From positions 4,774,001-4,838,000 of the forward strand of contig NC_089430.1 in the NCBI RefSeq assembly GCF_026210795.1: a stretch of DNA of 64,000 nt. The letters are read 5' to 3'. Position 1 is the stretch's first letter, and each line of letters opens with the position of its first letter. Positions 24,428-38,720 of this stretch are shown one piece after another. This DNA comes from Rhizophagus irregularis (lineage: Eukaryota). The notes beneath the pieces are model-generated. The model saw only the letters and a list, made by a program, of their open reading frames with translations. It did no database searches and was not told the DNA's origin. A program made the translations under genes and the position numbers.

Positions 24428-27400
24428 CAGTGTTCGGCAAATGACTTGAAATAAACAAATGACTCAAATGACAAGTCATTTGTCATTTGTCATTTGCAAC
24501 TCAAATGACCTGTCATTTAAGTCATTTGAAAAATATTAAATATTCTGAGAATTTTTATTAATTATTTTGTTTATTTTAATTAAGAAAACAAAAATATTAA
24601 AACAAAATTGGTTTAATATATATAATCAAAAAAGTTCCAATAGTAGTAAAGATTTTTTAATCACGTGATTTTGTTATTATTTTACAGGTTATTATTTGTT
24701 AATAATATTATTATAGACAGGATTATTTCACTTATAATTATTTCACTAATGATCATTTTATCCACACAGATAAAAGTTAATTGATTTTGCAATAAAATAT
24801 TTAATTGTAACACATGTAGTGGATCCCATTTTTCACCATTTTTATATATAATTGTTGTCTTTATTTAATCATAAGATGGCCATAATATTTATTTATGCAT
24901 ATAATTATATAATAAAATTATATATAATAAACAAGTTAACATTAAACATGGCAGGGAGCTATAGTCATAGTATAATTAGAACTGTAATAATTCTGACTTT
25001 TTTTTTAATTAAGTTGGTTTATACTACCATACAGTATCATAATTATTATGATAAATAGTTTTTAAGATTTAAAGAGAATTTCTAAATTTTAACTGGTGGA
25101 AAAATTACTGGTAGATCATGTGATTGTGTATTAAATATTCATGTGATTTATTATGATGATGCAATTTCATTTGGCTCGCTTCGCTCGCCGGGCTTTTCTA
25201 GCCAAACCATAACTTTCACTTTATTTGCAAAATTTTTGATTATATTTAACATATCTATAAAAAAAATGAGAAATTACTCTTAACTAGCTATTAACATAAT
25301 TTTTTTCTCATTTGGTAAAGGATGATCATTTTCGGTTTATTTTGCTTGTTAATCATTTTTGGCTTAGTTATTTCACTTGTTAATCATTTTAAGGTTAATT
25401 ATCTTGATTGTTGTTTATTTTTTGGTTTAAAAATAAAAAAATATATATATCAGAATATGTGATTAACTTTAAATAACAATACAGAAAGATTGTTTATTAC
25501 TTGATAAAGCATTTATTTAATATTTACCATCATCATTTTTGGAATTACGGCTCTGGAAAAAAATTTTTCATGATTATATTGTAATAAAACAATTCTACTA
25601 TCCGATTGTTAATCATTTTTAGTTCTGGAAAATTATGATAACTGAATATCATAATAATAAGACAATGATAATGAAATTTTACCATTTAGTTGTTGTTTAT
25701 TGTTTTGTTTCAAAATAAAAAATTACTTGATATAACATTTATTTAATTTTATCATCCAATTGTTGAGAAAAAAAATTTTATGATAACATTATAATAAAAC
25801 AACAATCTTATTATCTGATTGTTAATCATTTTTAGAATTACTACCCTGAAAAAATTTTCATGATAGCATTATAACTAAAGTTGCCTGCCAAAACTCTACA
25901 GGCTATTGTCGAAATGTCGAAACTAAAACCTGTAGAAATGCCGAAATGCCGAAATAGTTTCGACATGTCAAAATTGTCAAAACCTAAAAATATTACGTTT
26001 CACGTAATAACTCGGCGTCCAATGATCATAGAAAGATGCACCATAGCTCGTTGGAATCGTCTCATAACGACGAGTCGAATGGTGGTTAGATCGTTTTTCT
26101 ACGATCACTGGATGCCGAGATATTGAGCGAAACGTCAAAAATCAGCATTTTGTATTTTGCGATACTGCGCCATTTGACGTTTCACTTAATAACTCGGCAT
26201 CCAATGATCGTAGAAAGATGCACCATAGCTCGTTGGAATCGTCTCATAACGACGAGTCGAATGGTGGTTAGATCGTCTTTCTACGATCACTGGATGCCGA
26301 GATATTGAGCGAAACGTCAAAAATCAGCATTTTGTATTTTGCGATACTGCGCCATTTGACGTTTCACTTAATAACTCGGCATCCAATGATCGTAGAAAGA
26401 TGCACCATAGCTCGTTGGATTCGTCTCATAACGACGAGTCGAATGGTGGTTAAATCATCTTTCTACGATCATTGGATGCCGAGATAATAGACGAAACGTC
26501 AAATGGCGCAGTAGCGCAAAATACAAAATGCCGATTTTTGACGTTTCGCTCAATATCTCGGCATCCAGTGATCGTAGAAAGACAATTAGCAACCATTCGA
26601 CTCGTCGTTATGAGACGATTCCAACGAGCTATGGTGCATCTTTCTACGATCATTGGATGCCGAGTTATTAAGTGAAACGTCAAATGGCGCAGTATCGCAA
26701 AATACAAAATGCCGATTTTTGACGTTTCGCTTAATATCTCGGCATCCAGTGATCATAGAAAGACGATTTAGCCACCATTCGACTCGTCGTTATGAGGCGA
26801 TTCCAACGAGCTATAGTGCATCTTTCTATGATCATTGGACGCAGAGTTATTACGTGAAATGTAATATTTTTAGGTTTCGACAATTTTGACATGTCAAAAT
26901 AGTTTTGACAATTTTGACATGCCGAAACTCCCTAATTTTGGCAGGGAACTTTAATTATAACGATAATGTAATGACGACGATAATGAAAATTTACCATTTG
27001 ATTATTGTTTATTTTTTGGTTCAAAATAAAAAAAAAATGTATCTATATTTAAATAAGTAATACAAACAAATTGTTTATTTACATAATATTAAAATTTGTC
27101 ATCCGGTTGTTGATCATTTTTGGCTAACAAAAAAATTATTCAGTTTTCACATGATTTGCTAAAAATTTTATCCCATAATTTTTAAGCAAGAAAGATCATT
27201 CTATATAAGTGCAATATCACCCTATGGGTGGGTGGGTGGCGCGTCACGTTATTGTTATGACTTGAAATGATTGACATGTCATGATAGGTTAACGTTAACT
27301 TAACGTTAACATAAGATTAGTTTTTGAGTGATTTCCATTTTAAGATGCTGATCCCCCATCTTTGGTATTGATTTGCTGATTATATAAATACATTTCAAAT

Positions 27401-27807
27401 CAAGCTTTTCTATTTTAGTACGATCGGCAACCAACAAATCTTTTAGTGTTTTAATAACATATCAGATATTATCACTTTAATAATTATGGTTGTGTTATTT
27501 ATTATTTTCAGATTACAGTAAAAAATAAATAATTTGGTGAAATTGATTCTGTTTGTGATTATTTCGATTACGTCCTTCCTTTTTTGTACATCACGGGATT
27601 ATAAATTGTCCAATAATCTTTAAATATTTTAATGACAAATGACCAAATGACAAAGGACGCAAATGACAGTCAAATGATACCCAATCATTTGGCATTTGTC
27701 ATTTCGCGAATAATTCAAATGCCAAATGCCAAATGATGGGGTGTCATTTGACCAAATGACTCCTAATCCGAAAAATGGTCAAATGACCAGGTCATTTCCG
27801 AACACTG
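24428..27807. mobile_element. Non-autonomous hAT element (3380 bp) with nested insertion
   Basis: TIR cagtgttcggcaaatgac / gtcatttccgaacactg. Perfect TSD ctagaatg. Subterminal caaatgac/gtcatttg repeats. Splits LEWIPY. Confidence 0.92.
25876..26953. mobile_element. Nested foldback hAT-type MITE with 182-bp internal repeats
   Basis: TIR taaagttgcctgccaaaa / ttttggcagggaacttta. Perfect TSD attataac. 182-bp units are direct on the left arm and inverted on the right arm. Confidence 0.92.
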
Positions 27808-29629
27808 CTAGAATGGATACCTTATAATAAATTTTATGATATTAAATATATTGCAAAGGAAAATATTTATAGGGCAAATTGGATTGACGGATGTATAAAA
27901 AAATGGAGTGATAAAAATCAAATTGGGAGAGAGTAAATCAAAATATGTGTGACTATGAGAAGTTTATCTAGTTCAAAAAACGGTATTCATGAGGATAATA
28001 AATTTATAATGTTGCAAATTTTAATATTAATTTACTTTATTTCTAGATTAAGTTATACCATAAATTGTATAAATTGTATGGAATAACTCAAGATCCAGAA
28101 ACAAAATGTTACATGGTGGTTTTGGATGATATATGTGAAAAATGCAATCGTGTATGCAATTCAATATACTTTCAACGAAATCAAAAATTAGACTAGTGAT
28201 AATAATGAAATTGATAAATTTATTAAAGATACTCAGTCATCAGCTCATAATGATGTGAGGGGAGTATTAGAATGGATACCTTATGATAGATTTTATGGTG
28301 TTAAATATATTTCAAAAGATGAGTTTGGTGAAGTATATAGAGCAAATTGGGTTGATGGTTATATATCGAATTTTCAAAGTTGGGATGATGTAAATCAAAA
28401 TTGGGAAAGAAATAATTTTAATATGTTTGTGAATTTGAAAATTTTAAATACTCCAAATGATCTTACATTTGAACTTGCAAATAAGGTAATAAATAAACTT
28501 ATTGCTCAATAAAATTTATTCTTCTAACACATTATTACATTTGTAGATTAAAATCGAATATGAATTTTATGGAATGACTCAGGATCCAGAAACAAAAAAA
28601 TACATGGTAGTTTTGAATAATAAATGTAAAAAATGTAACACATATAATGCAAAGGGTGGATTTAGCACTGTGTATCAAGCAAATTGGATTGATGGGTATA
28701 TAGATGAATGGGATAATGAAGAACAAAATTGGAAAATGAAGGGCAAAATACATTTGTTGCATTGAAAACTTTGAATAATTCAGAAAGTATTACACAGAAA
28801 TTTATTAATGAGGTATAATTAATTCATTATTTAATGAAGTTTGAATTATAATTTTAATATTAATATTCTTTATTTTATGCATTACATTATAAAGCAGAAG
28901 TGAGCAATGGGTACATAGTTGGATTTTATGCTGGAATATCACAAAATCCAAAAACAAAAAATTATATAATGGTATTTGAATATGCCAAGAATGGTAGTTT
29001 ACGAAAGTATTTGGAATGAAAATTATAATAAATTAAGTTGGAGAGATAAACTTTATCACTTACTTAATATTTCATGTGGACTACAACATATTATTCATGA
29101 TAATAAATTAATTCATCGAGATTTAAATGTTGGAAATATATTAGTAGACGATAACATTATTATAAGTGATATGGGATTATGTAAACCTGCATATTATAAT
29201 GTATCAACAGATACAGAAAACAATGTATATGGAGTTTTACCTTATACAGCACCTGAAATTTTGCTAGGACAGATTTATACAAAAGCTGCAGATATTTATA
29301 GTTTTGGTATAATTATGTATGAAGTAATTTCTGGATTACCTCCATATCATGATCTAATTCATGATGAATATTTAGCAACTAAAATTTGTTTGGGACTTAG
29401 ACCAAGGTTTAATACAAAAGTACCCCCAATTGATTATCGTGCATTTAATTAAAAAATGTTTAGATGCAAATCCATTAAATCGACCGACAGCTAAAGAAAT
29501 TGAAGAAATTTTGCATAAATGGTTTTATAAATTAACTGATAACCAAACAAAAGAATTACAAAGACAAGTTAAAGAAGTAGAAGAAATTAATAATAATTTA
29601 ACTAATACGCTTTCGGTCAGTTCGAACTG

Positions 29630-30303
29630 TAGAGCTCCGCAAACTGACCTTACAGATCGGGTGACCCGACGGGGTGACCCAAAATATTCAGGTCAGGTCA
29701 TCAAATTCATGACCTGATACGGGTCGGGTCAGTGCTGGTCGGTACCCGACCCGACCTGTTGACCCGACATATATTTGGGTCAAATAAATTAAAAACGCCG
29801 AAACTAATAATGATTCCGGCATTTTTACATGTAAAATCGAAAAAAAAACGCCGAAACTGATAGTTTCGGCGTTTTTACATGTAAAATCGAAAAAAAAACG
29901 CTGAAACTGATAGTTTCAGCGTTTTTTACATGTCAAATAAAAAAGAAAAATGCCGGAACTAATTATTCCGGCGCTTTTACATGTAAAATCGAAAAAAAAT
30001 GCCGAAACTATCAGTTTTGGCGTTTTTACATGTAAAATCAAAAGGAAAAATGCTGAAACAAATAGTTTCAGCGTTTTATATATAAAAACAAATAGTAAAA
30101 AACGTTACAAAACGTTTTTTTACAATATTTAATAATAAAACTTTGGGTAACCTGAGTTACCCGAAGTGACCCGAATACTTTCAGGTCAAATGGGTCGGGT
30201 CGGGTCAGAACGGTTTACCCGACCCGACCTGACCTGAAAAAAATTTCAGTTCGGGTTAACCAGGTAACCCGACCCGACCCGACCCGACCCATGCGGAGCT
30301 CTA
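29630..30303. mobile_element. hAT-like MITE (674 bp)
   Basis: TIR tagagctccgca / tgcggagctcta. gacccgaccc subterminal repeats and internal aaaacgccgaaactgatagtttcggcgtttt hairpin repeats. No clean TSD. Confidence 0.85.
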
Positions 30304-31871
30304 GACTTCGAAGTTATCATATTAAACACATTCGGAAGCAATTTATACAAGTAAACTACTTAATTTTAATAATCTTCCTGAACAGATAAATTCAGATGAT
30401 TATTATTATGAAAATGATAATATAATTAGCATGAAATTGTCAGGTATTAATTGCATTGAAAAAGTTGTAAAAGATACTAATAATATTTCATCTAATAAAT
30501 AGCGCGGTTATCTTTACAAATTGATATTTCTCCATGGAATATTAATGAGAGCGGTAAGCCGGTAACACAAAAATTTGCTTTTTTATTCGTACCTAGTATT
30601 AGCTTAATTTTAATTTCTATTTATTTTTTTTAGGTTAATATTGCAAGTCCAATGGTAAAGATAAAAAAGGTTTCACCTTATAATGCATTCTGTTTATATC
30701 AAATACTTTGCTTTTAACCATTATAATCCACAATCTGTATTCTTAAAAATAAAACGAATGAGATTCACATATTTTTTTACTAACCTATTAAGATTTTATG
30801 GCAGATTCTCTTTTTTGGTTTTCTACAAACATTTTACATAGTGAAAACGTTAATTTATCAATATTATATGTTTACTAAAGGTGGACGAGAATTGAGCCTT
30901 ACTGTATTATCCTATTATTTTTATTTTTGTTTTTATTTTTGTTCATTTTATTATTAAATAATGCATTAAATTAAAATGCGTGACGTGACAAATGATAACA
31001 TTCCGTGCTTATAATTTTGATATAAATACGCTTTAATTAATTATTTTGTAGGTGTATGAACAGTATATATTGCGATTAATAATTCCGGCCAAAATTATCG
31101 TCTACTTAGATCACGTTATTCCTTAACTTGTACTATGGAGTCTTTTGTACACACTTTTTAAATACACTAGAGAAACGGAACCCGGTATTAAGTACGAAGT
31201 GGCGCTAAAGATGAGCAGAGTAATTGGGAATTACCGGACAACGTGGATGTCGGATCATTTGTAATACCAAATGTTCCCGTAAACTTAACTTGCCCAAACT
31301 TGTAAGTTGTAATAGCACCTGATTACTTCTTGTTTCGAAGAAGTTCTCGGCCTTTATTTTTTGAGTAAGCTTCAGCTTGATCTATTTCTTATTCAAGATA
31401 CGATACTCAGATGTAAGCTCACAAACTTCACGTTGTCTTAAAAAAATCGATTTGGCATGACGTCATCATCAGGCGTAGAAGTATATAGTCCTTCTTACAC
31501 TTTGGACTATAATTAGATTTTTTTTGACCTAAAAAAAAATTTAGTTAAAAATTAAAAAAAATTATGATTTTAATTTCTTAGAACTATTGTTCACGATTAA
31601 AAATTTCAAATAAGTAGTCTAGTAGACTTTCAAAATTAACTCTACTTGAAATTATTTTAACCAAACATCGATTATTCTTTTTATCATTTATTCATATATA
31701 CATAAAAAGGTACGGGTAAATAATCACGTAGATTTCCTTTTATAGATAATGTCAACGAGAATTTATTTCTTTTTTTAGACGCTTGCTGGAAAAATCGTAA
31801 TTCCGGCCCTGAGAATTTAAGCTCTGTAAATTCATTAAGTCATTTTTTTTCTATTCATCCATTTATGCATT

Positions 31872-32121
31872 CATGGCGGATTTATGAAATACCCTAAATT
31901 TGTCCGTCATGTCAAATTAAATAAATATTTGACAGTCTTTTAGTCACCAAATTTCCCAAATTTATTAGTGAACAGTCAAAAATGAGCCCTAAAAAATTTT
32001 TTTGTACCCCAAATCTTGCGTCTAACCAATTTTTCCGTTACCTAACCATGTTTCTGTAAGTCAATTTTAATTCCCGAGGGCGCAGCAGGGTTTTTGCCAA
32101 ATTTCATAAATCCGCGCAATG
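31872..32121. mobile_element. MITE (~250 bp)
   Basis: Perfect 15-bp inverted repeat gcggatttatgaaat (31876) / atttcataaatccgc (32101-32115). Confidence 0.6.
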
Positions 32122-35100
32122 AAAATAAGAAATGTTATTTTATTTATTATTTTATTTATTTATTTATTTTTAACCTCTTACTTTTATAAAAGCCAATATC
32201 TTAGGCTCATCATATAAATTTAGAAAATTCTGCCAATCAGTCTCAAAGAAAAAATAATGACAAAAAAATATTGCTCTGGCTTTAATTCTCTTAAGTAAAA
32301 TATGAACGTTGATTAACAATTCCAAGATCATGGAAAAAATAAAACTAGAAATATATTTAATGATAATATTGAGTAGTTGTCAAATGATTTGTTTGTATTA
32401 TGTATAATAAATTGGAAATAAATATTTGTAATTAAATTTTACGTGTTTTATAAATAATTTTTTGAATTAATAAAAGCTTTTATCTAGGTGTATGGATATA
32501 CGATATTAATATTCGGCTATATAGGTATATCATGTACATGTTGTGCATAATTTGATATTAAAATTTGAAATCTAATATTGGATCTAATATAAAGCTTATG
32601 AAAAGTATGAAAAAGCTTATGATGATCGTTCTGGTCCGTATATTAATATTGTTATTACACGGGTATCGTGCTTGATAAATGGAATATATTTGAAACGAGC
32701 TGAACTTTCTTTATTTAGCCACGTTAATCAGCTTGACACGTAGATTTTTTTAATAAAACTTGATTTTTATGTTTTGATATATTCTTTTGTGGAATGTTAA
32801 TTCTTATAAGAATTTCTGTGCACCAAAATAATGGAAATTAATGTAGTTGCACGGGATAGTACTATTTAAGATCCATTTATGGTTAAATTCGGATAATTTT
32901 TATTCGGAAGACTATGGAAAAAAGTTAACTCCAAAATAAAAAGTATAATGCTTGTAAATAATTTTATTTTCTTAAAAAAAAGTAACTGTAAAAAATGTCA
33001 CTTACTATAAAAATTGTTAAGGACGGAATCAAAAAGTAATTACTAATTAGCTATTAATTAGTTGTAATTTTTCTTTAAAATGAGTGATATAACCAACTTT
33101 ATTGTACCTATACACATATACCTCGTGATTTTTAAATATATCTATTATAAAAAATATGCTAAATAGAATTAAATAAAACTACACCTTCAGCAATATAATA
33201 AAACAAAGAACTAATATTTATGATAGCCACATGGAGTCATGGTTTCGAAGACGCAATAGAAAGAATTTAAAAAAAAATCTAATTCTATTCGTGAATATTT
33301 ACAAATACTGGATGACGTGTAATCGAAATCATTTGAAAAAAAGAAATTATAAATAGGGGTATGGATGCCATCAGCATTACCAAATTATAATTACGACATT
33401 ATGATTATTTAACGTATTATCGTTATGGTATAAGTTTCATATGCCAAGGAAATAAAGAAAGAAGAGTGAAAAAAAAGTTTAAAAAAGTTTAAAAAGTAAA
33501 GACTTGATCGAACTGCGGCTGATCTTAATTTCTTGCCTATAATTCACTAATAATAGAATGTATTAATTTTTTATTGCTTACAATCCTCAGTTTACTGATA
33601 ATAGCTTATAATTGATATTTACATCTAATTTCACGAATTTTTAACAATTCAAAAAAAAAAACTATTTTAATACAGTTGTATACTCGCAGACACATCACAC
33701 AAATGTCTCAGATTAATTTGCTCTGATCGATGTTTGATGTCATTTGCTATCTTTTAGCGATTATTCTTCCAGCTCGCTACAGTACTATTTTAAGACTGGT
33801 TTTCATCAAAGCTTTATCTAAAATATTATTGAAACCTTAGCAAAAAATATCATCACAAGATAGATACGAATTTGGTGATAAGCACGTGACTGTTAGGTTG
33901 CAGAAACCACTTTCTTTAATATTTAATCTTCCTTTTAAAATAATGATGTTAATAATGTAGTAAGAAATAAATTTGTATTTTCTGACTTTTTCTTGATAAA
34001 TAACAACGGAATATTATTTTATTTACTTCTGTTGACATCAATAAATAATTTATACACATTTCAGTCATTTCACACAAAAAAAAGCAGAATCAATACAATT
34101 TATTTAATCACAAAAATACTTTTTTCTAAAATTATATAATACATTGGTCTAATGAAAATATATAAATGTTACTGTAATATAGTATAAATGTATTTTTTCC
34201 TAATAATGGAACTTGGCCTTTTGATGCTTTATGTAATGTGAAGCAACAGTAAATTTATATATTTTGATTATAACCTAGACTATTACTTGCGTTCGGTAAA
34301 AAAAAAATGTTTGACAACTCATTCATTATAAATTTTTTTTAATAGAATATAAATAAATGATGTGATTTATTAGATGTTGTTGCATGGAATCAGTATGCGT
34401 ATATAGTTTTTACGAAAATAAGAAAAAGTGTACAGATATCCGAAGTGTGGTTATATACCTCGTATAATTTAGTATAACTTAAATTTTATAAGAATATACA
34501 AAGTATAGCTTATACCAATGATAACTTATACGAATCGAAAAAGTAGTATAGTATATAGAAGGAGATTCTTAGTTTTAGTTTTTTAGTCTCTATTGGAATA
34601 TTTCAGGAAGGCAGCAATATTTTTCGTTTATTTTATGATTTATTTCTTTATTCATTGTTTATTAGAATTTATTATACACATTTGTTGTTATAAATTGTTA
34701 ATGTTTATTTTAAATAAAGTATATACCTTAAATTTGCATATATGTTCGTTCTAAACTTCTTTTTACGCTCAAAACTATAAATTATTTTGTTACTATCACG
34801 AAAATGCAAAGAAAAGTGGTGTTAATAAATCTCGTAAAATTTGTTTTAGCTGAAAATAAAATAATAGAAAATTAAAGATGAGATATTTTTTTTTTTGTAT
34901 AAAGTACCAAATGTTTTAAAGTTTTGGAGTCACGTAATTTTCTATTTCGTTAATAATTAATTAAATCATGCCAATCTGTCAAATTTGCCGCACAATTACT
35001 ATTAAGTATATACAATACGAATTTGATATTTAAAATTTTGGTCAAAAAGTATTAAAATAATATAGATAACTAAAAAGTTTTAGAGAATAATAATAGTATA

Positions 35101-35344
35101 CAACATGATGATGTATTTATTTTATAGTTTAAATTTTTATTTTTCTTTGATCAAATAAAGTCACGTCGCTACATTGTATAATAAAAATAAAAAATTTATA
35201 AAGAAATTTGCTAAGATAATATAATAATAAAAGTACTGAAATCAAAAAGAATTTATATAAGAAAATGGAATAATATATAATAAAAAGAAACTACTAAATT
35301 TTTGAACAATATACTAATTTAAAATTGAAAAATTTATTCATCAT

Positions 35345-35462
35345 GCGTGCGATGTCATCGCTACCTTTGTCACCCGTGTCACTCTCCTTTATTTTGGTTG
35401 TTATTACGTAATTTTGCCCAGAGGCGATGCATCGCTATGGGCGATAAATAAATTTACTCCTT
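35345..35462. mobile_element. 118-bp insertion flanked by 17-bp direct repeats
   Basis: aaaaatttattcatcat at 35328-35344 and 35463-35479. Confidence 0.6.
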
Positions 35463-35468
35463 AAAAAT

Positions 35469-37330
35469 TTATTCATCATCGTCTTGATTGAGATCTATTT
35501 TTTTTTTAAAAAAAAATAATAATTAAATTAAATTAATAATTTCATATATCTAATAAACAGATATCTTACCTAATTCATTTAATTCACAATCCAAACATTC
35601 AGAAACTATTAATAAAATGAAAATAAATATTATTATATAATAATCACAATAATCTTTAATAATGCAAATATATACTTACTTGGATTTGCTGATGACGATG
35701 AAATAGTTTCTATTAAGAAAATAAAAAAATCAATAAATTATATTTTCATATTAATTTTTTAAACGTGTATTTACCTTGAAATGAAGATGAATAATCGGTT
35801 GAATTAACTGGTTCTGGAAGATTTTCAAAATTTAAAAGTCTGCTAGTATAAATTGCTTGTGGGTGTGTTTGAAGATTTTTAGATTTATTTTCATTTGTTT
35901 TGTTTTTTAATTTATTCTCTTTAATTTTTTCACATTCTTTTATTTGATAACTAAATTCACTATTTTCATCATCCATTTCTGTTACATATTTAATAAATAT
36001 TTGACGTAATTCTTTAGCAGTTGGTCTATTTTCTGCTTTAGCATCCCAACATTTAATAATCAAATCTACAATTAATTTTGGTGTATCTTCAGAAATTTTT
36101 GGTCTAAATCCTTTACATATTTTAACAACCAAAAAATGATCATGAGGAATATCATTATAAGGAATTTCTTCTGACATAAGTTCATTCATTATTATTCCAA
36201 ATGAGTAAATATCTGCTGCTTTTGTATATTGATATCCACGTAAAACTTCGGGTGCCATATAAGGTATTACTCCATAAATTCCTTTTCGCTCATTATCATT
36301 TACTGGTTGACACATTCCTAAATCACTAATTGATAGTACATCATTAACATTATTATGTAATATATTGCCCGAATGAAAATCTTTATGAATATTTCCAGCA
36401 TCATGAATACCTAAAAGTCCATCTATAATAAAAAATAAATATTTTATTTTGGTTTTATAATTTGAACCTTTCGTTAAAATATTTCTCAAATTTCCTCCCT
36501 CAAAATATTGTAAAACCATCATATAATCTTTAGTATTTGGATCTTGAGTTATTCCAAAACACATAACAGTATTAGAAAAATGAAAATGACCTGAAATGTA
36601 ATATTTAATCTAAAATCATTAAAAAGAGAAAGTTTGTTAATAAATTATGTATTAAAATACAAATATTAATAAACAAGATTTATTTTAATTACCTCATTTA
36701 AAAAATCATTACTTATATTATTAGATGAATTATTTAAACTTTTCAATGCAACTTTTTTTGAAGATCGTACCCATTCTTGATTTTCAATATCCCATTGCCC
36801 AATATTTCCTTCGGGCCAGTCAGCCGAATAAATTTTACTAAAACCACCTCTAGTAATATAGGTAACATTTTCAAAATTTTCAAAAGGTATCCATTCAAGA
36901 CATTTTGTGCAATAAAAAGCATTAAGTTGTGATTGTTGTATAAATTCATCAATATTTTTATTTCCACTAGTCCAATTTTTAAAATTTTCCTTTAATCTTT
37001 TAGCATTACAAGATTGACACCAAACACCTCCTGTACCTGGTTCATTACACTCTCCACATACTCCGTATACTTCTTTTCTTTTTTCTAAATCCATAATATT
37101 TACTTTTTTAAAAATGGTAGTAGTTTCATCTGATTCAGCAGTTGAATCAGTTGAAAAAATTGTAGCGTGGAACTATCAAAATGAAAGATTAAAAAATTTT
37201 AATAAATATCTATATTGTTTATTATATTATTATATTATAATATTTTTACCTGATATTCACCATCACATTTTTTCCATAAATTTTTAGCATCAGTTTTAGT
37301 TGTATCTGAATTTTGTTTTGAAGTATCCAT
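35469..37330 (-). CDS. TKL-type Ser/Thr protein kinase, 6 exons, apparently intact
   Basis: Exons 37250-37330, 36693-37172, 35775-36609, 35680-35709, 35570-35605 and 35469-35494 splice GT..AG in frame. Motifs GGFS, VALK, IHKDFHSGN, DLG, YMAPE and DIYSFG. Ends DLNQDDDE*. Confidence 0.9.
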
Positions 37331-38477
37331 TTTATTAATATTTTTCTAAGTAAAAATATAACACTTATAATTTAGCGAATATAACTCAATTGAAAAAAAA
37401 ATATTTTTTTAAAAAAAAGTAATTCGAATAAAAAAAAAAATTGGACGTTACGTTAAATCTTATTCGTCATTAAATGCAAATCTTCCCTAATTGATATTAC
37501 ATAATGAACCTTAATTTAGAATTTTTGTGTTAATGTTATGACCTCATGACTAAGGGTTTCTTTTTTTTTTTTGGTCATTTAAATAAAATTCGGATTTTAA
37601 AGTTTCAGAAAAAAAAAATTTTTATCTGGTTTATTTTAATTTTTTCCTTTTATAATAATACAAGTAAACATTATGTAAATGATAAAATTTTCCTTTTTTA
37701 GGTAGAACTTATATCCTGATAAAATTAACTTTTTTTACTTCATTGATAAAAAAAAAAAAATATTTAATACTGTAATATACCTTAACAGTTAATGGCTTAA
37801 TCTTTTGATACTGTAAGCAGGTAATAACTATTTTTATTTCTTGTGTTTGGAAAAAAAATTAATTACTGCGGTTTTCAAAATTATGCCGATCATGTGTTGA
37901 TCAATTCTAAGCCACATCAAGTTCGTTTCTTACAATAAAATTTTAATATTTTTTTGTCAAATTTATTTTGATATTTGGATAAGTAGACACTTTATTGGAC
38001 ATATTTAATAAGCGCACAAAGTTTTTATCCGTTATTATAACTTTTAAGAGTTTAAATCTCAACTTTTTTTAAAGTTTTAAGGTTCACAATAAATCATAAA
38101 ATCATAAATAGGAAACATAATGAAATTTTCAAAAGTTTGCTCTTTAACCTATTTAGAAGTGATATAATGGATATTTGAAAATGTTTACTGCATATTCTAA
38201 AAATAATTGGTGAGTTAGGATAAGTCTCATTGTATAAAATAATATAATTTAATAGCAGATTATAGTAGGTGCTATTGTATAATTAATTAATTATGAGTTT
38301 ATTTATTTTGTTAGTTGTGAAAATTGTCTAGAAGTTAGTACATTTTCTATTAGTGCTAGATATTGTATGACAAACTTTTGGGAAACTAATGAAAACCATG
38401 TTAAATAACTTAGGTAACTAATTAATTGATATAAGTTAAATCGTATTTTATATAAGAAATTTTTACTTATCACTTCT

Positions 38478-38720
38478 TTTTGTCTCCCATCAATCCTTTT
38501 CGTCTCCCATCACTCCTCTTCATCTTCCCATCACTTCTTTTCGTCTCCCATCACTCCTCTTCATCTTCCCATCACGCCTCTTCGCCTCTTCATTTTCTTA
38601 TCACTCCTTTTTGTATCCCATCGCTCCTCTTCATATTTCCATTACTCCTCTTCATCTTTTCATCACTCCTTTTCGTCTCCCATCACTCCTCTTCATCTAC
38701 CATCATGCCATATTTCTCCT
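38478..38720. repeat. Pyrimidine-rich degenerate ~21-bp tandem repeat
   Basis: Repeated tcttcccatcactcctcttca / tctcccatcactccttttcg units. Confidence 0.75.

Larger units (their letters stand above)
22838..30660 (+). pseudogene. Multi-module TKL-type protein kinase gene disrupted by three TIR insertions and frameshifts
   Basis: About 5 repeated CxxC/WTSGN..IDKFI/LEWIPY/WIDG modules, then a full domain (IHRDLNVGN, DMGL, YTAPE, DIYSFG) at 28880-29620. The tail YTSKLLNFNNLPE resumes after 30304. Confidence 0.85.

Noticed and set aside
25173..25201. Helitron 3' end (ggctcgcttcgctcgcc...CTAG)
   Set aside because: Weak hairpin, followed by C rather than T, and no 5' end found.
25881..26889. Six repeated ORFs in the ORF track
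   Set aside because: Artefacts of the 182-bp repeat on both strands, with no recognisable domain.
31185..31400. Minus-strand coding-like fragment (..TYKFGQVKFTGTFGIT..)
   Set aside because: Interrupted by a stop and the family is not recognisable.
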